From NCBI RefSeq assembly GCF_006345805.1, contig NC_043007.1, forward strand, positions 15,066,001-15,130,000: a stretch of 64,000 nucleotides of DNA, read 5' to 3'. Below are positions 1 to 12,235 of the stretch, piece after piece. The notes under the pieces are model-generated. The model was not told the DNA's origin. It searched no databases and was given only the letters and a program-made list of their open reading frames with translations. The stretch is from Octopus sinensis (Eukaryota). Each line of letters opens with the position of its first letter. Position 1 is the first letter of the stretch. Made by a program: the position numbers and the translations under genes.

Positions 1-87
1 CAGAATCTGAACTCAGAACGTAACGGCAGACGAAATACTGCTACGCATTTCACCCGGCGTGCTAACGTTTCTGCCAGCTCGCCGCCT
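1..87 (-). mobile_element. SINE type A, 5' head (cut by window edge)
   Basis: Reverse complement reads GGCGGCGAGCTGGCAGAAACGTTAGCACGCCGGG...GTTCTGAGTTCAGATTC, the same tRNA-like head as the full copies. Confidence 0.85.
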
Positions 88-1170
88 TTTACTTCAGATA
101 TATACATATTACGTACGCACACACGCACACACATACACACAGACACACAGACACACAAACACACACACACACATGCACGCATGCATGCACACACATGTGC
201 GCAGTGCAGGAGTATATATATATATATTTATAAATATACTGTTGTTGGTATGTAATAGTGTCTATACTGTTCATCGCTTATAAACATCTGTTTGTTTGTA
301 TTGCAAAGGATAGACGCACACACGCACACCGATGCAAAATAAATGTAAAAAAAAAAAATAAGCAAAAGAGAGAAAAAAAATTAATTAATAACAAAAACAA
401 AACAAAACAAGTGTCCCTGTTGTTTCTTAGCAACAGAGTTCTGTGTGGTCGGAAAAACACCCTTATTAACAGCCTCAAATTTAATTATTATTGGAACGAG
501 GCGATGAGATAACTGGCACAAAAACACTCTACCCCCTTCATTCTACCCCTCTCTCTCTCTTCCTTGCTCGCTCGTTCTCTCTCTAATTCTGTTCCTCTGT
601 GTTTTCTCCCTGTTCTTCATAGTGACTCTATCTTTTAAATTAGTAGTGCTTTGATAGCAATGGCTATTAACGCGTAAGCGTGATTTTAAAGTCAAGAATT
701 TAGGGAAGACATTGCATTTTGGAAAGTTTTCTTGTTATTAAATTAAAAAAAAAATGTACTTAAACCGATAGTTGAAAGACAGAAAAGAACTTGTCTCCGT
801 AAGCAATGAGACAAGATAAGAACACCAGACTTTTTCCTTCCTGAAGGTTTGGTAACATATTCCACACAAGGTTCTGCTATCTGAAACTAACTGGCCTTTA
901 TCGACTTAACTAAGTAATAATTAAATTCGAGTAATCAAAATAATTGAAACAAGAGCGAACATAAAAGGGGTGGGGAAACCAAGTGGAAACTCAAGTATGT
1001 TTAGCACTTTTAAACTAAGAGTATGGCGGAAGCTGTAACACGTTGCTCTAAATAAATTGCGTGCTAATGAGAAAGCCTCCATGTCGTCGCTTGATCTGAT
1101 GGAAACTTTACTAGAAATTCACCTAAGTCAAAAATTACTGCCTAACAAAAAAAAAAAAAAAAAAAATCTG

Positions 1171-1308
1171 AGATGCGTGGCTGTGTGGTTAAGATGCTCG
1201 CTTTTCAACCACATGGTATCGGGTTCAGCCCACCGCGCAGCTTATTTGCCAAGCGTCTTCTACTATACCCCGAACCGACCAGTGCCTAGTAAGTGAATTT
1301 GGTAGACG
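1171..1308 (+). mobile_element. SINE type B, 5' fragment
   Basis: GTGGCTGTGTGGTTAAG...GGGTTCAG...GTCTTCTACTATA...GAATTTGGTAGACG matches the head of full B copies. Confidence 0.7.
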
Positions 1309-1396
1309 TGTTTGTGTGTGTGAGTTTGGTAGACGTGTATATAGTGTATATATATGTGCGTGTGTGTTTGTGTGTGGATATATATGTGTTTGTTAA

Positions 1397-1627
1397 GGCG
1401 GCGAGCTGGCAGAACCGTTAACACGCCGGGCAAAATCCGTAGCCGTATTTCGTCTGCCGTTACGTTCTGAGTTCAAATTCCGCCGAGGTCGACTTTGCCT
1501 TTCATCCTTTCGGGGTCGATAAATTAAGTACCAGTTACGCACTGGGGTCGATGTAATCGACTTAATCCGTTTGTCTGTCCTTATTTGTCTCCTCTGTGTT
1601 TAGCCCCTTGTGGGTAGTAAAGAAATA
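1397..1627 (+). mobile_element. SINE type A monomer (tRNA-derived)
   Basis: tRNA-like head, core GAGGTCGACTTTGCCTTTCATCCTTTCGGGGTCGATAAATTAAGTACCAG, tail ...TTGTGGGTAGTAAAGAAATA; imperfect TSD ATATxTGTGTTTGT. Confidence 0.92.
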
Positions 1628-2666
1628 TATATTTGTGTTTGTCTACCCTTCGCTTGACTGCCTCATTTTCTTTTCCCAACACAACTCGTCTCATTTTTTT
1701 TTATATGCTATTAATGTTCCTGTTGCTGTTTAACCCGAGTCAATTCTCAGTGAGCAGATCGATGAAAAGTGGTTTTCTAACCCATTTCTAGGTCATCCTT
1801 CTCACGAGTATTACATATCTAGAATCACAGATTCCCCTCTTTTGTCAAGATAACAGAGCGTAATTTCAGTCAATTTGGCTATTTTCCGCAGACCCAGAAC
1901 TACATTTTACATTACCACCTGACACTTAGGTATCTTTAGCAGAGTCCACTTTGTTGCGAGTATTCAGGCCATGTATACCACCTGAAGCAAAACAGTCCTA
2001 TCAATCAAAGATGACCTAAAACAGCCATGGTTGTCATAATCACTTTCTTTCATTCTCTAATCACACCAGTAATTGTGGAACCGGGATGTTCCCATACTTT
2101 ACGGTGCAGTAGACAGTGTTTTAGGTATACTTAAATTTTAATATTACACAAGTATCATTATTATACAGTAATCATGCAATAAAGGTGTGGTATGTTTTAA
2201 GGTTAGGAAGGTAAGAGTACAAAGTCACAGAGACGTTGGAAACCATTGGTTCAAGTTAGTAAAAGGTTTTGATAATCCGTCGTTAGTTCAAATAAGAAAA
2301 AAGCCGATATTGAATATATTGTTACGAGCAGCGAACAGAGGGACATCAGTTGCTAGTGCGTCGAGTCTGCGATGTGGTTTCGATTGCCGATTGTTTCTCT
2401 CCTTTAACATCGGACCTTGATTACAGGTCCGATGAACTACTCAGTGGTTTGCTGCATTTCTGATGGTGAGAGGGATAAGGGAGTGTTTATAAATCGATGT
2501 GGAATAAATATCTCAGAAAGCTTCATTTCCGGTTCTTCGGCAATGTTTATATTCGTAGTCAATATACATTAGCTAAATATACACCGATCTTCTTTCTTCC
2601 CCCCTCTCTCTCTTTCCGTATATATAAATATATGGTGTGTGCGTGTGTGTGTGTGTGTGTGCGTGT

Positions 2667-2979
2667 GAAGGCGCATGACTCAGTGATTAGAGTGTCGGGC
2701 TCACAATCATGAGGTAGTGAGTTCGATTCCTGGACCGGGTTGTGTGTTGTGTTGTGTTCTTGAGCAACACATTTTATTTTACGTTGCTCCAGTTTACTCA
2801 GTTGTAGAAATGAATTGTGGCGTCACTGGTGCCAAACTGTATCAGCCTTTGCGTTTCCCTTGGATAACATTGGTAGCGCGGAGACTGCAGGGCTTCGTAA
2901 ACAATCTTACCCGGACTTGTTCCTGGGAGGCTAACTTTCTAGTTGCAATCCCATGGTCATTCACGACCGAAGGGAGTCT

Positions 2980-2984
<5 letters not shown>
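2667..2984 (+). mobile_element. SINE with type D head and a different 3' module
   Basis: A/B-box head GGCGCATGACTCAGTG...GAGTTCGATTCCTGGACCGGG, CTTGAGCAA core, then a tail not shared with other D copies. Confidence 0.8.
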
Positions 2985-3020
<36 letters not shown>

Positions 3021-3030
<10 letters not shown>

Positions 3031-3843
3031 GAAATGAGGTACTCAGAAATTCGGATGGTTTTATATTTACAGATATTTATTTGTATACTACATGTTTTTA
3101 TACATCCTATATCATATATCATATATTAGCGCTTTCGACCATTCTACTCTTTTACTCTTTTACTCTTTTACTTGTTTCAGTCATTTGACTGCGGCCATGC
3201 TGGAGCACCACCTTTAATCGAGCAACTCGACACCGGGACTTATTCTTTTGTAAGCCCAGTACTTATTCTATCGGTCTCTTTTGCCGAACCGCTAAGTAAC
3301 GGGGACATAAACACACCAGCATCGGTTGTCAAGCAATGCTAGGGGGACAAACACAGACACACAAACACACACACGCATATATATACATATATACGACGGG
3401 CTTCTTTCAGTTTCCGTCTACCAAATCCACTCACAAGGCTTTGGTCGGCCCGAGGCTATAGTAGAAGACACTTGCCCAAGGTGCCACGCAGTGGGAATGA
3501 ACCCGGAACCATGTGGTTGGTAAACAAGCTACTTACCACACAGCCACTCCTGCGCCTATGGAGTTGTCAAATTGAACTAAGTTCTTGTGGAAAAAATTGA
3601 CCATTTTTATAGTGTTATTGAGTGTATAGTGGTGGGGCGGGGAAATGAGATAGTACAAGAGGGTGATGAATGGGTACCCTCTTGTACTATCTCATATCCT
3701 TCCCCACCACTACACACTAGAATGGACGAAAGCGCTAATATATGATATATGATATAGGATGTATAAAAACATGTGATATACAAATAAATATCTGTAAATA
3801 TAAAACCATCCGAATTTCTGAGTACCTCATTTCTTCTAATATA
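3021..3843. repeat. ~125-bp inverted repeat pair (3021-3146 / 3718-3843) with internal hairpin; probable Penelope pLTR-like unit
   Basis: Arms near identical in reverse complement; perfect 20-bp stem 3645-3664/3676-3695; GAAA-GCGC-TA hammerhead half-site at 3728-3737; interrupted by SINE B. Confidence 0.75.
3146..3556 (-). mobile_element. SINE type B, full length
   Basis: Head GGCGCAGGAGTGGCTGTGTGGTAAG, CCTTGGGCAAGTG core, internal (TA)/(TG) tract, tail GACTGAAACAAG(TAAAAGAG)n. Confidence 0.92.
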
Positions 3844-4149
3844 AAATACCTGTACATCATCTCCAAACCTTCTAATATATACATATATTATTTGAAATCT
3901 AAGGTACAACTTTTTAATAAGCAAATGATTTAGTATTTCTGCGAAAAGTAAATAGACTATTTACACTGCAGTTATTTTACTCTCTATAGCAGAATAAGAT
4001 AGCAATTTCACTAGTTTCTGGCCTTGTTAGATCTTCATCTCATCTTTCTCTTTTTCACTTAAAGAAAAGTGACAGAAAGAGTAAACGAAAGAAAACAAAA
4101 AGTGAGAGAGATCTACTACCGTGAGGGTACAGTGTGCAGGTGATTCAGT

Positions 4150-4368
4150 TTACTCTTTTACTCTTTTACTTGTTTCAGTAATTTGACTGTGGCCATGCTG
4201 GAGCACCGCCTTTTAGTCGAGCAAATCGACCCCAGGACTTATTCTTTGTAAGCCTAGTACTTATTCTATCAGTATCTTTTGCCAAACCACTAAGCTACGG
4301 GGACGTAAACACACCAGCATCGGTTGTCAAGTGATGTTGTGGGGACAAACACAGACAAATATATACGC

Positions 4369-4401
<33 letters not shown>

Positions 4402-4573
4402 ACACATATACGACGGGATTCTTTCAGTTTCCGTCTACCAAATGCACTCACAAGGCTTTGGTCTGCCCGAAGCTATAGTAGAGGACTCTTGCCCAAGGTG
4501 CGACGCAGTGGGACTGAACCCGGAACCATGTGGCTGGTAAGCAAGCTACTTACCACACAGCCACTCCTGCGCC
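4150..4573 (-). mobile_element. SINE type B, full length
   Basis: Same head, core and tail as 3146-3556. Confidence 0.92.
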
Positions 4574-5149
4574 TATACAAATAAAAACAATTTCAGGAAG
4601 AAGGTTGAGTTGAGCAAAGGTAAGCTCACAGAAAGCCGTTTTCTTTCTATCCGGTTTCGATTCTATTTTATAACTATTTGCGCTACTTTCTAATTGTTAT
4701 TAGGGAAAGAATGCACTTCATACACCCGCATTCCCGCTCTCTTAAAATACCACCCATGTCCCTGTTCTGCGGTAAAAAAAATATATATGTTAGTATAACG
4801 TTAGTAAAAAGAGCATATTAAAAAGGTGGAACAACAGAAATAGAGAAACAATTATAAATAGGCATGTTAATAAACCACATATGTTAGTTGAGACTGTTGT
4901 TCATGGTACTGACTAGTAGTAAAGCAATAATTAGGCGTTCTAATTTGTATCACCACATGTCCTTCTTGCAGTCATGTTGTCATTGCACTGTACCAGATCA
5001 AATGTTAAGGTGAGCATCTGGTAAGCATCTGTTCTGAAGATCTAGATATATATCTCTCCCTTTAATTCGGGTGGCAAGGCATGTAGGTTATAGCAATAAT
5101 ATTTGAAATGACGAAACAGTAAGGTTGCCGCAGTGGGCCCACAATAAAC

Positions 5150-6110
5150 GCTACTTGTTGGTTAATTTGACACTTGATCTGGACATTAACAGGTCTGAAG
5201 TACATCGATTCAGTTATCAGAATTAAAATAGAAAGAAAAATCCAAGTCCTTGATCATACGAAAATATCAATTTACATCGTAGAAATGCTAATAATATGCA
5301 TGATTTTCGTCAAGATCAGTAATTCAAGTTACCAATAAGTAGAAGGTATCGTAATACTTTCGCCAGTATTACCAACATTAAAAATAAAATAAATGTGCCC
5401 TTTTAAAGCCTAGCTAGGCTCATGGGCCTGGTTTCCCGGTTTCTATGGCGCATGTGTTCCCCAGCTGGACGGGACGCCAGTCCATCGCAGCGTTACTCAT
5501 TTTTGCCAGCTGAGTGGACTGGAGCAATGTGAAATGAAGTGTTTTGCTCAAGAACACAACGCGTCGCCCGGTCCAGGAATCGAAACCACAATCTTACGAT
5601 CATGATGCTGACATCCTAACCACTAAGCCACGCGCCTCCACATTACCAGCATTGGTTAGCATATATTTGGAGTACTTCGAGGACAAATCTAGAAAGTATA
5701 ACTTTGATTCCTTCAATTATATTAAGCTATCTGGATTAAACCTTTGTATTCAACGGCAAGAGGACCTCCAAGTTCTCTTGCTGTTGAGATCATATCAAAT
5801 CACTTCTAACCTCAGTCTAGTTTATACTGGAAAAGAAACTAGCAACCAGTTGTTATTCATTAATGTAACGGGTTCAAATAACAGGTGTCCGAAAACAATT
5901 TTTTTTAAAACCAATAATTATTGAGCTCTAATTAAAACAACCATGCAAAATTAAGAACGCTCTTCTTAAACACCTTCAACATTGAGCAAAAACGATCTAT
6001 ACCAATGTATCAATTTATACAAAAGAAATGAGTCACTTGGAAATTGTTTTCCTGAATAACAAATATCCAGCCCTTCATATAAGACGTTTAAACAATCTCA
6101 GGCACAAAAA
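5150..6110 (+). pseudogene. Decayed Penelope-like (PLE) reverse transcriptase fragment, interrupted by SINE D
   Basis: Manual translation across the SINE: IVEMLIICM...YQ*VEGIVILSPVLPTLVSIYLEYFED...DHIKSLLTSV*FILEK/ETSNQLLFINV...LKHLQH*AKTIYT...EMSHLEIVFLNNKYPALHIR; resembles PLE RT motifs (Y.Q..G.AMGSP.SP.LANIYME.FE; H.NS....I.FT.E.E....L.FLDV; RA..IC...E...L...F..NGYP); stops and frameshifts. Confidence 0.7.
5380..5641 (-). mobile_element. SINE type D, full length
   Basis: tRNA-like head GGAGGCGCGTGGCTTAGTGG...GTTTCGATTCC; GCGATGGACTGGCGTCCCGTCCAG block; TSD ATTACCA(A/G)CATT at 5368-5379 / 5642-5653. Confidence 0.92.
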
Positions 6111-6470
6111 AGAAGTTAAGCCAATCTTCTCATCATCAACAGCAACAACAACAACAACAACCCTTGGACATCATTGTCTCGAGTCCTAGGGCTCATAGAG
6201 TCAGTTACTCGGTTTTCATGGGAAATAAGTGATCATGTGGTTATCAAATAACCACATTATCAAATATATGTCCTTTCCACTTTAAAGTGATAAAGTATGA
6301 TATGAAATAGATATGGCTGCTACTTTTAGCTGGCCGAGTAGTTGCATAGATAATCCTTCGTTTGATCGGCGGTTGAACAGCTGAATATATAAATGGAGAA
6401 ACATATAAGAAAACAGTTGTTGTTGTTGTTGTTGTCTAGCACTTACTAAGGTATAAATGTAGGACTATGA

Positions 6471-7074
6471 AGGCGGCGAGCTGGCAGAATCGTTAGTACG
6501 CCGGGCGAAATGCTTAGCGGTATTTCGTCTGCCGCTACGTTCTGAGGTCAAATTCCGCCGAGGTCGACTTTGCCTTTCATCCTTTCGGGGTCGATTAAAT
6601 AAGTACCAATTACGCACTGGGGTCAATATAATCGACTTAATCCGTTTGTCTGTCCTTGTTTGTCCTCTCTGTGTTTAGCCCCTTGTGGGTAGTAAAGAAA
6701 TAGGTATTTCGTCTGCCGCTACGTTCTGAGTTCAAATTCCGCCGAGGTCGACTTTGCCTTTCATCCTTTCGGGGTCGATTAAATAAGTACCAATTACGCA
6801 CTGGGGTCGATATAATCGACTTAATCCGTTTGTCTGTCCTTGTTTGTCTCCTCTGTGTTTAGCCCCTTGTGGGTGGTAAAAAATAGAAATAGGTATTTCG
6901 TCTGCCGCTACATTCTGATTTCAAATTCCGCCGAGGTCGACTTTGCCTTTCATCCTTTCGGGGTCGATTAAATAAGTACCAGTTACGCACTGGGGTCGAT
7001 ATAATCGACTTAATCCGTTTGTCTGTCCTTGTTTGTCCTCTCTGTGTTTAGCCCCTTGTGAGTAGTAAAGAAAT
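6471..7074 (+). mobile_element. SINE type A trimer (one head plus three tandem bodies)
   Basis: Three ~180-bp body repeats joined at ...GAAATA|GGTATTTCGTCTG; 22-bp TSD AGGTATAAATGTAGG(A/C)CTATGA at 6449-6470 / 7075-7096. Confidence 0.93.
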
Positions 7075-7599
7075 AGGTATAAATGTAGGCCTATGATACT
7101 GACTGCGAAGGAGGAAAACTATAATTTGCAAGTTCTGGCTTTTAGTTGCGATTTCATGCCATTAAGAGAGATACAATACACCTGACTGCTTTGACAGCGC
7201 GTCAGACTTTCATAGATAACATTACTAAAAGGTTAGCAAATACTCTTGGCAATTAAGCGAATCGGGACACAGAATTATGCATAGTGTCATAAAATGCTGC
7301 GGTACATTTGCAGTGGATTTCAACTGAAGATCCACCCGCATCTAATCTAACATGTTTAGGTCAAAGCCAATCGACTATTTCTTGTCTTCGTTGTAGTCAT
7401 GGAGTATTATTACTTCAACTGGTCAGGCATCGTTCAATGCAATTTGTACGCTAAAAATGGAAGCTACAGTTGTAGATCTGCAACGCTAACAATATACTTA
7501 CACTCATTAATAATCGAAATGTAAGACATAAATAAGATATATTAAAATGTCAGAAATGAATTTATGAATTTTATATAGCGTAATCTCCCTCTCTCTCTT

Positions 7600-7657
<58 letters not shown>

Positions 7658-7673
7658 TATATATTATATATAC

Positions 7674-7738
<65 letters not shown>

Positions 7739-7912
7739 AATATATATATATATACATATATATATACATACATATATATATATAAAGTATAGAAGCATCA
7801 TAACATGGCTAACCACATACTTTACATTATCGAGCGATTACTGTTTCAATCTCATTCTGAGATTAATAATGCATATATATATACATATATATATATATAT
7901 ATGCCAAGAATG

Positions 7913-7978
<66 letters not shown>

Positions 7979-7996
7979 ATATATATATAATATATA

Positions 7997-8034
<38 letters not shown>

Positions 8035-8058
8035 TATATATATATATATATATTATAT
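7600..8058. repeat. (TA)n microsatellite tracts
   Basis: Directly visible; one of many such tracts in the window. Confidence 0.95.
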
Positions 8059-8253
8059 AGCATCTTGGCAGTGATGCTGGGGGCATCGGACAGAATTCCA
8101 TGTGGTATTAAATTTTGTGCTTTTAGTTCAAATCCCTCCGGGATCAATTTTGCCTTTCAACCTTATAGGGTAGACAAATAAAGTACCATCTAATACTGGG
8201 GTTGATCTTTCTTTCTTTCTATCTGTATATCTTTCTATCTATCTTTCTGTCTG

Positions 8254-8314
<61 letters not shown>

Positions 8315-8400
8315 ATCTCTCTCTCTCTCTCTCTCTCTGTCTGTCTGTCTGTCTTTCTTTCTTTGTGTCTTCCTACTTTTCCATCTGTCTTTCTATCTTC

Positions 8401-8500
8401 NNNNNNNNNNNNNNNNNNNNNNNNNNNNNNNNNNNNNNNNNNNNNNNNNNNNNNNNNNNNNNNNNNNNNNNNNNNNNNNNNNNNNNNNNNNNNNNNNNNN
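8401..8500. other. Assembly gap (100 N)
   Basis: Run of 100 n. Confidence 1.
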
Positions 8501-8516
8501 TAAAACAAATTAACAC

Positions 8517-8795
8517 ATCGAGCCCTTCTGGGTATTAGCGCGCGTCTACGATGAGTCTACGATTTTAAAAAATTTACTATCATTTTTTTCCATTTTAATG
8601 CATTTTTTCGCTATTATATAAGGGAAGTAACTCTCTAAAAATGTCTACGATGAGTCAACGATTTAAAAAAAAATTACCATCATTTTTTTTCCATTTTTAG
8701 TGCATTTTTTTGCTATTTTTTGGCTATAAATCTCTAAAAATGCTTATATAGTTATTTCCCTTACAAATCCGAGCAACGCCGGGCGATACTGCTAG
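8517..8795 (+). mobile_element. Non-autonomous Helitron, 3' part
   Basis: Subterminal hairpin CCGAGCAACGCCGGG then CTAG|T; body matches 44442-44813. Confidence 0.8.
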
Positions 8796-8957
8796 TAATG
8801 TATAACAGAATACTCTAAATATGTGTTGATTCCTGTAATTTATCGCTTCTGATGAATCAACTGAGATTTACACCACACACACACACACACCACACCATAT
8901 ATAGTGTATATATGTATATATATGTAAATCTATCTATCTATCAATCTATTCCATTAT

Positions 8958-9236
8958 TCTTTTATTTGTTTCAGTTATTTGACTGCGGCCATGCTGGAGT
9001 ACCACCTTTAGTCGACAAATCGACCACGGGACTTATTCTTTGTAAGCCAAGTACTTATTCTATCGGTCTATTTTGCCGAATCGCCAAGTTACGGGGACGT
9101 AAACACACCAACATCGGTTGTCAAGCGATGGTGGGGACAAACACAGACGCACACACACATACACACACGCATATATGCCTGTAGTACCCTTAATTATTAA
9201 TATATATGTGTTAGTGTGTGCGTATGTGTGTGTGTG

Positions 9237-9283
<47 letters not shown>

Positions 9284-9460
9284 TTGTGCATTTACGACGT
9301 GCGTCCACACGGTTTCAGTCTACCAAATTCACTTACAAAGCGTAGGTCGACCCGACCGGGGCTATAGTAGAAGTTACGTGTCCATGGTGCTATGCAGTGG
9401 GACTGAACCCGAAAACACAGGGTTGCAAAACAAACTTCATAAACACATATCCATGCCTGC
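8958..9460 (-). mobile_element. SINE type B, diverged
   Basis: B tail at 8958-9150, expanded internal (TG)n, decayed head near 9460. Confidence 0.75.
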
Positions 9461-9627
9461 GACACCAGTTAAAATCCTCTCACTCACGGTCATCGTGTCC
9501 TTTTGCCATCTTTTCAAACAATGAACTCCATTAGCCAAAGAACACTTGATCCCTTAACCCTTTGAATGTCAAAAGCATTTCGTTCTAAACGTCTATGCCC
9601 TTATTGTAGTTGCCTCCGCCCTTTTTG

Positions 9628-9950
9628 AAGGCGCGTAGCTTAGTGGTTGGGGGTATTCGGTTACGATCGTAAGGTCGTGAGTTCAATTCCTGGCGGCGCG
9701 TTGTGTCCTTGAGCAAGACACTTTATTTCACGGTATACCAATCCACTCAGCTGGCAAAAATTAGTAGTATCCGTGTATTTCAAAGGGCCAACCTTGTCAC
9801 AGTCTGTATCGCGTTGAATCTCCGTGAGAACTACCGTAAGGGTACGTATGTCTGTGGAGTGTTCAACCACTTGCGCGTAAATTTCAGGAGCAGGCTGTTC
9901 TGTCGATCGGATCAACTGGAACACTCGTATTCATAACCGACGGAGTGCCA
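9628..9950 (+). mobile_element. Chimeric SINE: type D head plus type C 3' module
   Basis: Head GGCGCGTAGCTTAGTGG...CCACTCAGCTGGC followed by GTATTTCAAAGGGCC...AACCGACGGAGTGC, the tail seen in 38477-38870. Confidence 0.85.
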
Positions 9951-10734
9951 TTTAGTTTAGTTAGTTACCCCCCTGTTTCTTTCGTTTTAATTACTATAAA
10001 GCTTTACTTTCATAGGTCCTAAGCTACTCTGGTGGTTGAAAAAATCCTATAGCATGTATGAGGCATGGACACCAAGGGAATGTTTCATGATTATCACACT
10101 TGACACACAGAATAGGGAAAGAGTTAAGACAAAATCTGTTTTGGGAAAAAGTTGACTGCTATTTCATGCAAGACAAGCAACCACGTAGAAACTCCTTGTT
10201 TGTCTTGTATTTTTGTCCAATACAGTGGACTTTAACGGTGGAAGAAACCATTCTAAAAGATTAATTAATGGCGATATTCGCCAATTTGGTTAATTATTAA
10301 AACAGTTCTCATGCCATTAGGGATAGGCCTCAATTAAGTTTTTTGCCTTTAAAATCTAGGCTAAAGATGACCTCTCCCCTAATTAAAACCGCTTTGGTGT
10401 GATTTTAATTAATTACCGTGTGAATCTCAACTGTCAAGCAGAAGTAATTTAGAATTGTAACATTTAAATTCTTTGTTTCTTTTTCTTTTGCTGGTTTTAG
10501 TCTTTGGTCTGCGGCCATGCTGGGGCAGCGTTTTCAAGCGTTTTAGTTGATTATATTGTCCCTAATACTTTGTCTAGCGCTCATTTAGTCCATACGGACA
10601 TAAAAAGGACGCAACGCAGGCAAAATAATACAAGGTATTATTTTTCGATGCATGAACTATTTACCGGTTGACATCCTTCGCATATAATTTTGTCACTGCG
10701 TCTCTCTCCGTCCGTCTCTTTATGCATATATAAT

Positions 10735-11371
10735 CTTTTCTATTCTAGGCACAAGGCCCGAAATTTTGTGGGAGGGGCCAGTCAATTACATCGACTCCAA
10801 TACGTAACTGGTACTTAATTAATCGACCCCGAAAGGATGAAAGGCAAAGTCGACCTCGGCGGAATTTGAACTTAGAACGTAAAGACAAACGAAATACCTA
10901 TTTCTTTACTACCCACAAGGGGCTAAACACAGAAGGGACAAACAAGGACAGACAAACGGATTAAGTCGATTATATCGACCCCAGTGCGTAACTGGTACTT
11001 ATTTAATCGACCTGGAAAGGATGAAAGGCAAAGTCGACCACGGCGGAATTTGAACTCAGAACGTAACAACAGACGAAACACCGCTAAGCATTTCGCCCGG
11101 CGTGCTAACGATTCTGCCAGCACACCGCCTTATAGTATATATATATTTCTTTACTACCCACAAGGGGTAAACACAGAGGGGACAAACAAGGACAGACAAA
11201 CGGATTAAGTCGATTACATCGACCCCAGTGTGAAACTGGTACTTAATTTATCGACCCCGAAAGGATGAAAGGCAAAGTCGACCTCGGCGGAATTTGAACT
11301 CAGAGCGTAGCGGCAGACGAAATACCGCTACGCATTTCGCTCGGCGTGCTAACGCTTCTGGCAGCTCGCCG
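10735..11371 (-). mobile_element. Two SINE type A copies: a dimer ending in the alternative tail (10735-11130) and a monomer (11145-11371)
   Basis: A head and core; first copy ends ...GGCCCCTCCCACAAAATTTCGGGCCTTGTGCCTAGAATAGAAAAG on the minus strand. Confidence 0.9.
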
Positions 11372-11923
11372 TTTATAGCATAAATATGTATGTATATATA
11401 ATGTATATTATATGTGTGTGTGTATATATGCATACGATGAATTTCTACAGAATCTGTCAACCAAATTTTAGCGACAAGGCATTTGTTGACTCAAGACTAG
11501 GATATAGTACATTAAACTAATGATTCGCCACATGAAATCTAAACAGGAAGCACGTGATTGAGAAACAAATTTCTTAACCAGATGGCCATAATGACTATAC
11601 CACAGTGGTTCACAACCTTTTGTAGTTCAGCAACCGACCGCCTTTCGGAGAATGGTGTTCTATAAACGCCCCCGATTTATGTTCTTCTGCCACCAAAAAT
11701 GAACCCCAAAACATGGCGAGCTAATATTGCGTACTGGTTGATTATCCATGTTTTCTTACACTATGTCACCCAGCAGGAATATCTTTATAGATATGTGTGT
11801 GGGTTTGTGCCTTTGCTCCTACTTTGTTAAAATGTTATAGAAAATTATTACGAAAGATGAGGACTTTTTATGAGGAAATTGTATTGGACCTTGGTACATT
11901 ATTAGTCATTTATGTTATTCATT

Positions 11924-12235
11924 GTGGAGGCGCATGGCCAAGTGGTTAGAGCAGCGGACTCGCGGTCAGGGGATCGCAGGTTCGAATCTCAGATCCGGCG
12001 ATGTGTTTGTTTATGAGCGAAACACCTAAGCTCCACGCGACTCCGGCAGAAGTTAATGGCGAACTTCTGCTGACTCTTTCGCCACAACTTTCTTTCACTC
12101 TTTCCTCCTGCATCTTGCAGCTCACCTGTGACGGACCGGCGTCCCGTCCAGGTGGGGAACCTATACGCTAAGGAAACCGAGAAACTGGCCCTTATGAGCC
12201 AGGCGTGGCTAGAGAAGGAACAAACAACAATCATC
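11924..12235 (+). mobile_element. Chimeric SINE: type C head plus D-like 3' module
   Basis: GGAGGCGCATGGCCAAGTGGTTAGAGCAGCGGACTCGCGG...GGTTCGAATC head, then GACCGGCGTCCCGTCCAG...GAAACCG; TSD TTA(T/C)TCATTG. Confidence 0.85.

Noticed and set aside
4591-4625. Possible microexon tttcag|...AAAG|gtaagc
   Set aside because: Weak polypyrimidine tract and no other exons or transcript evidence
10984-11208. Recurrent ORFs such as MRNWYL...RNLNSER and ...YDGLLSVSVYQIHSQG that look like a gene family
   Set aside because: They are antisense readings of SINE A and SINE B copies
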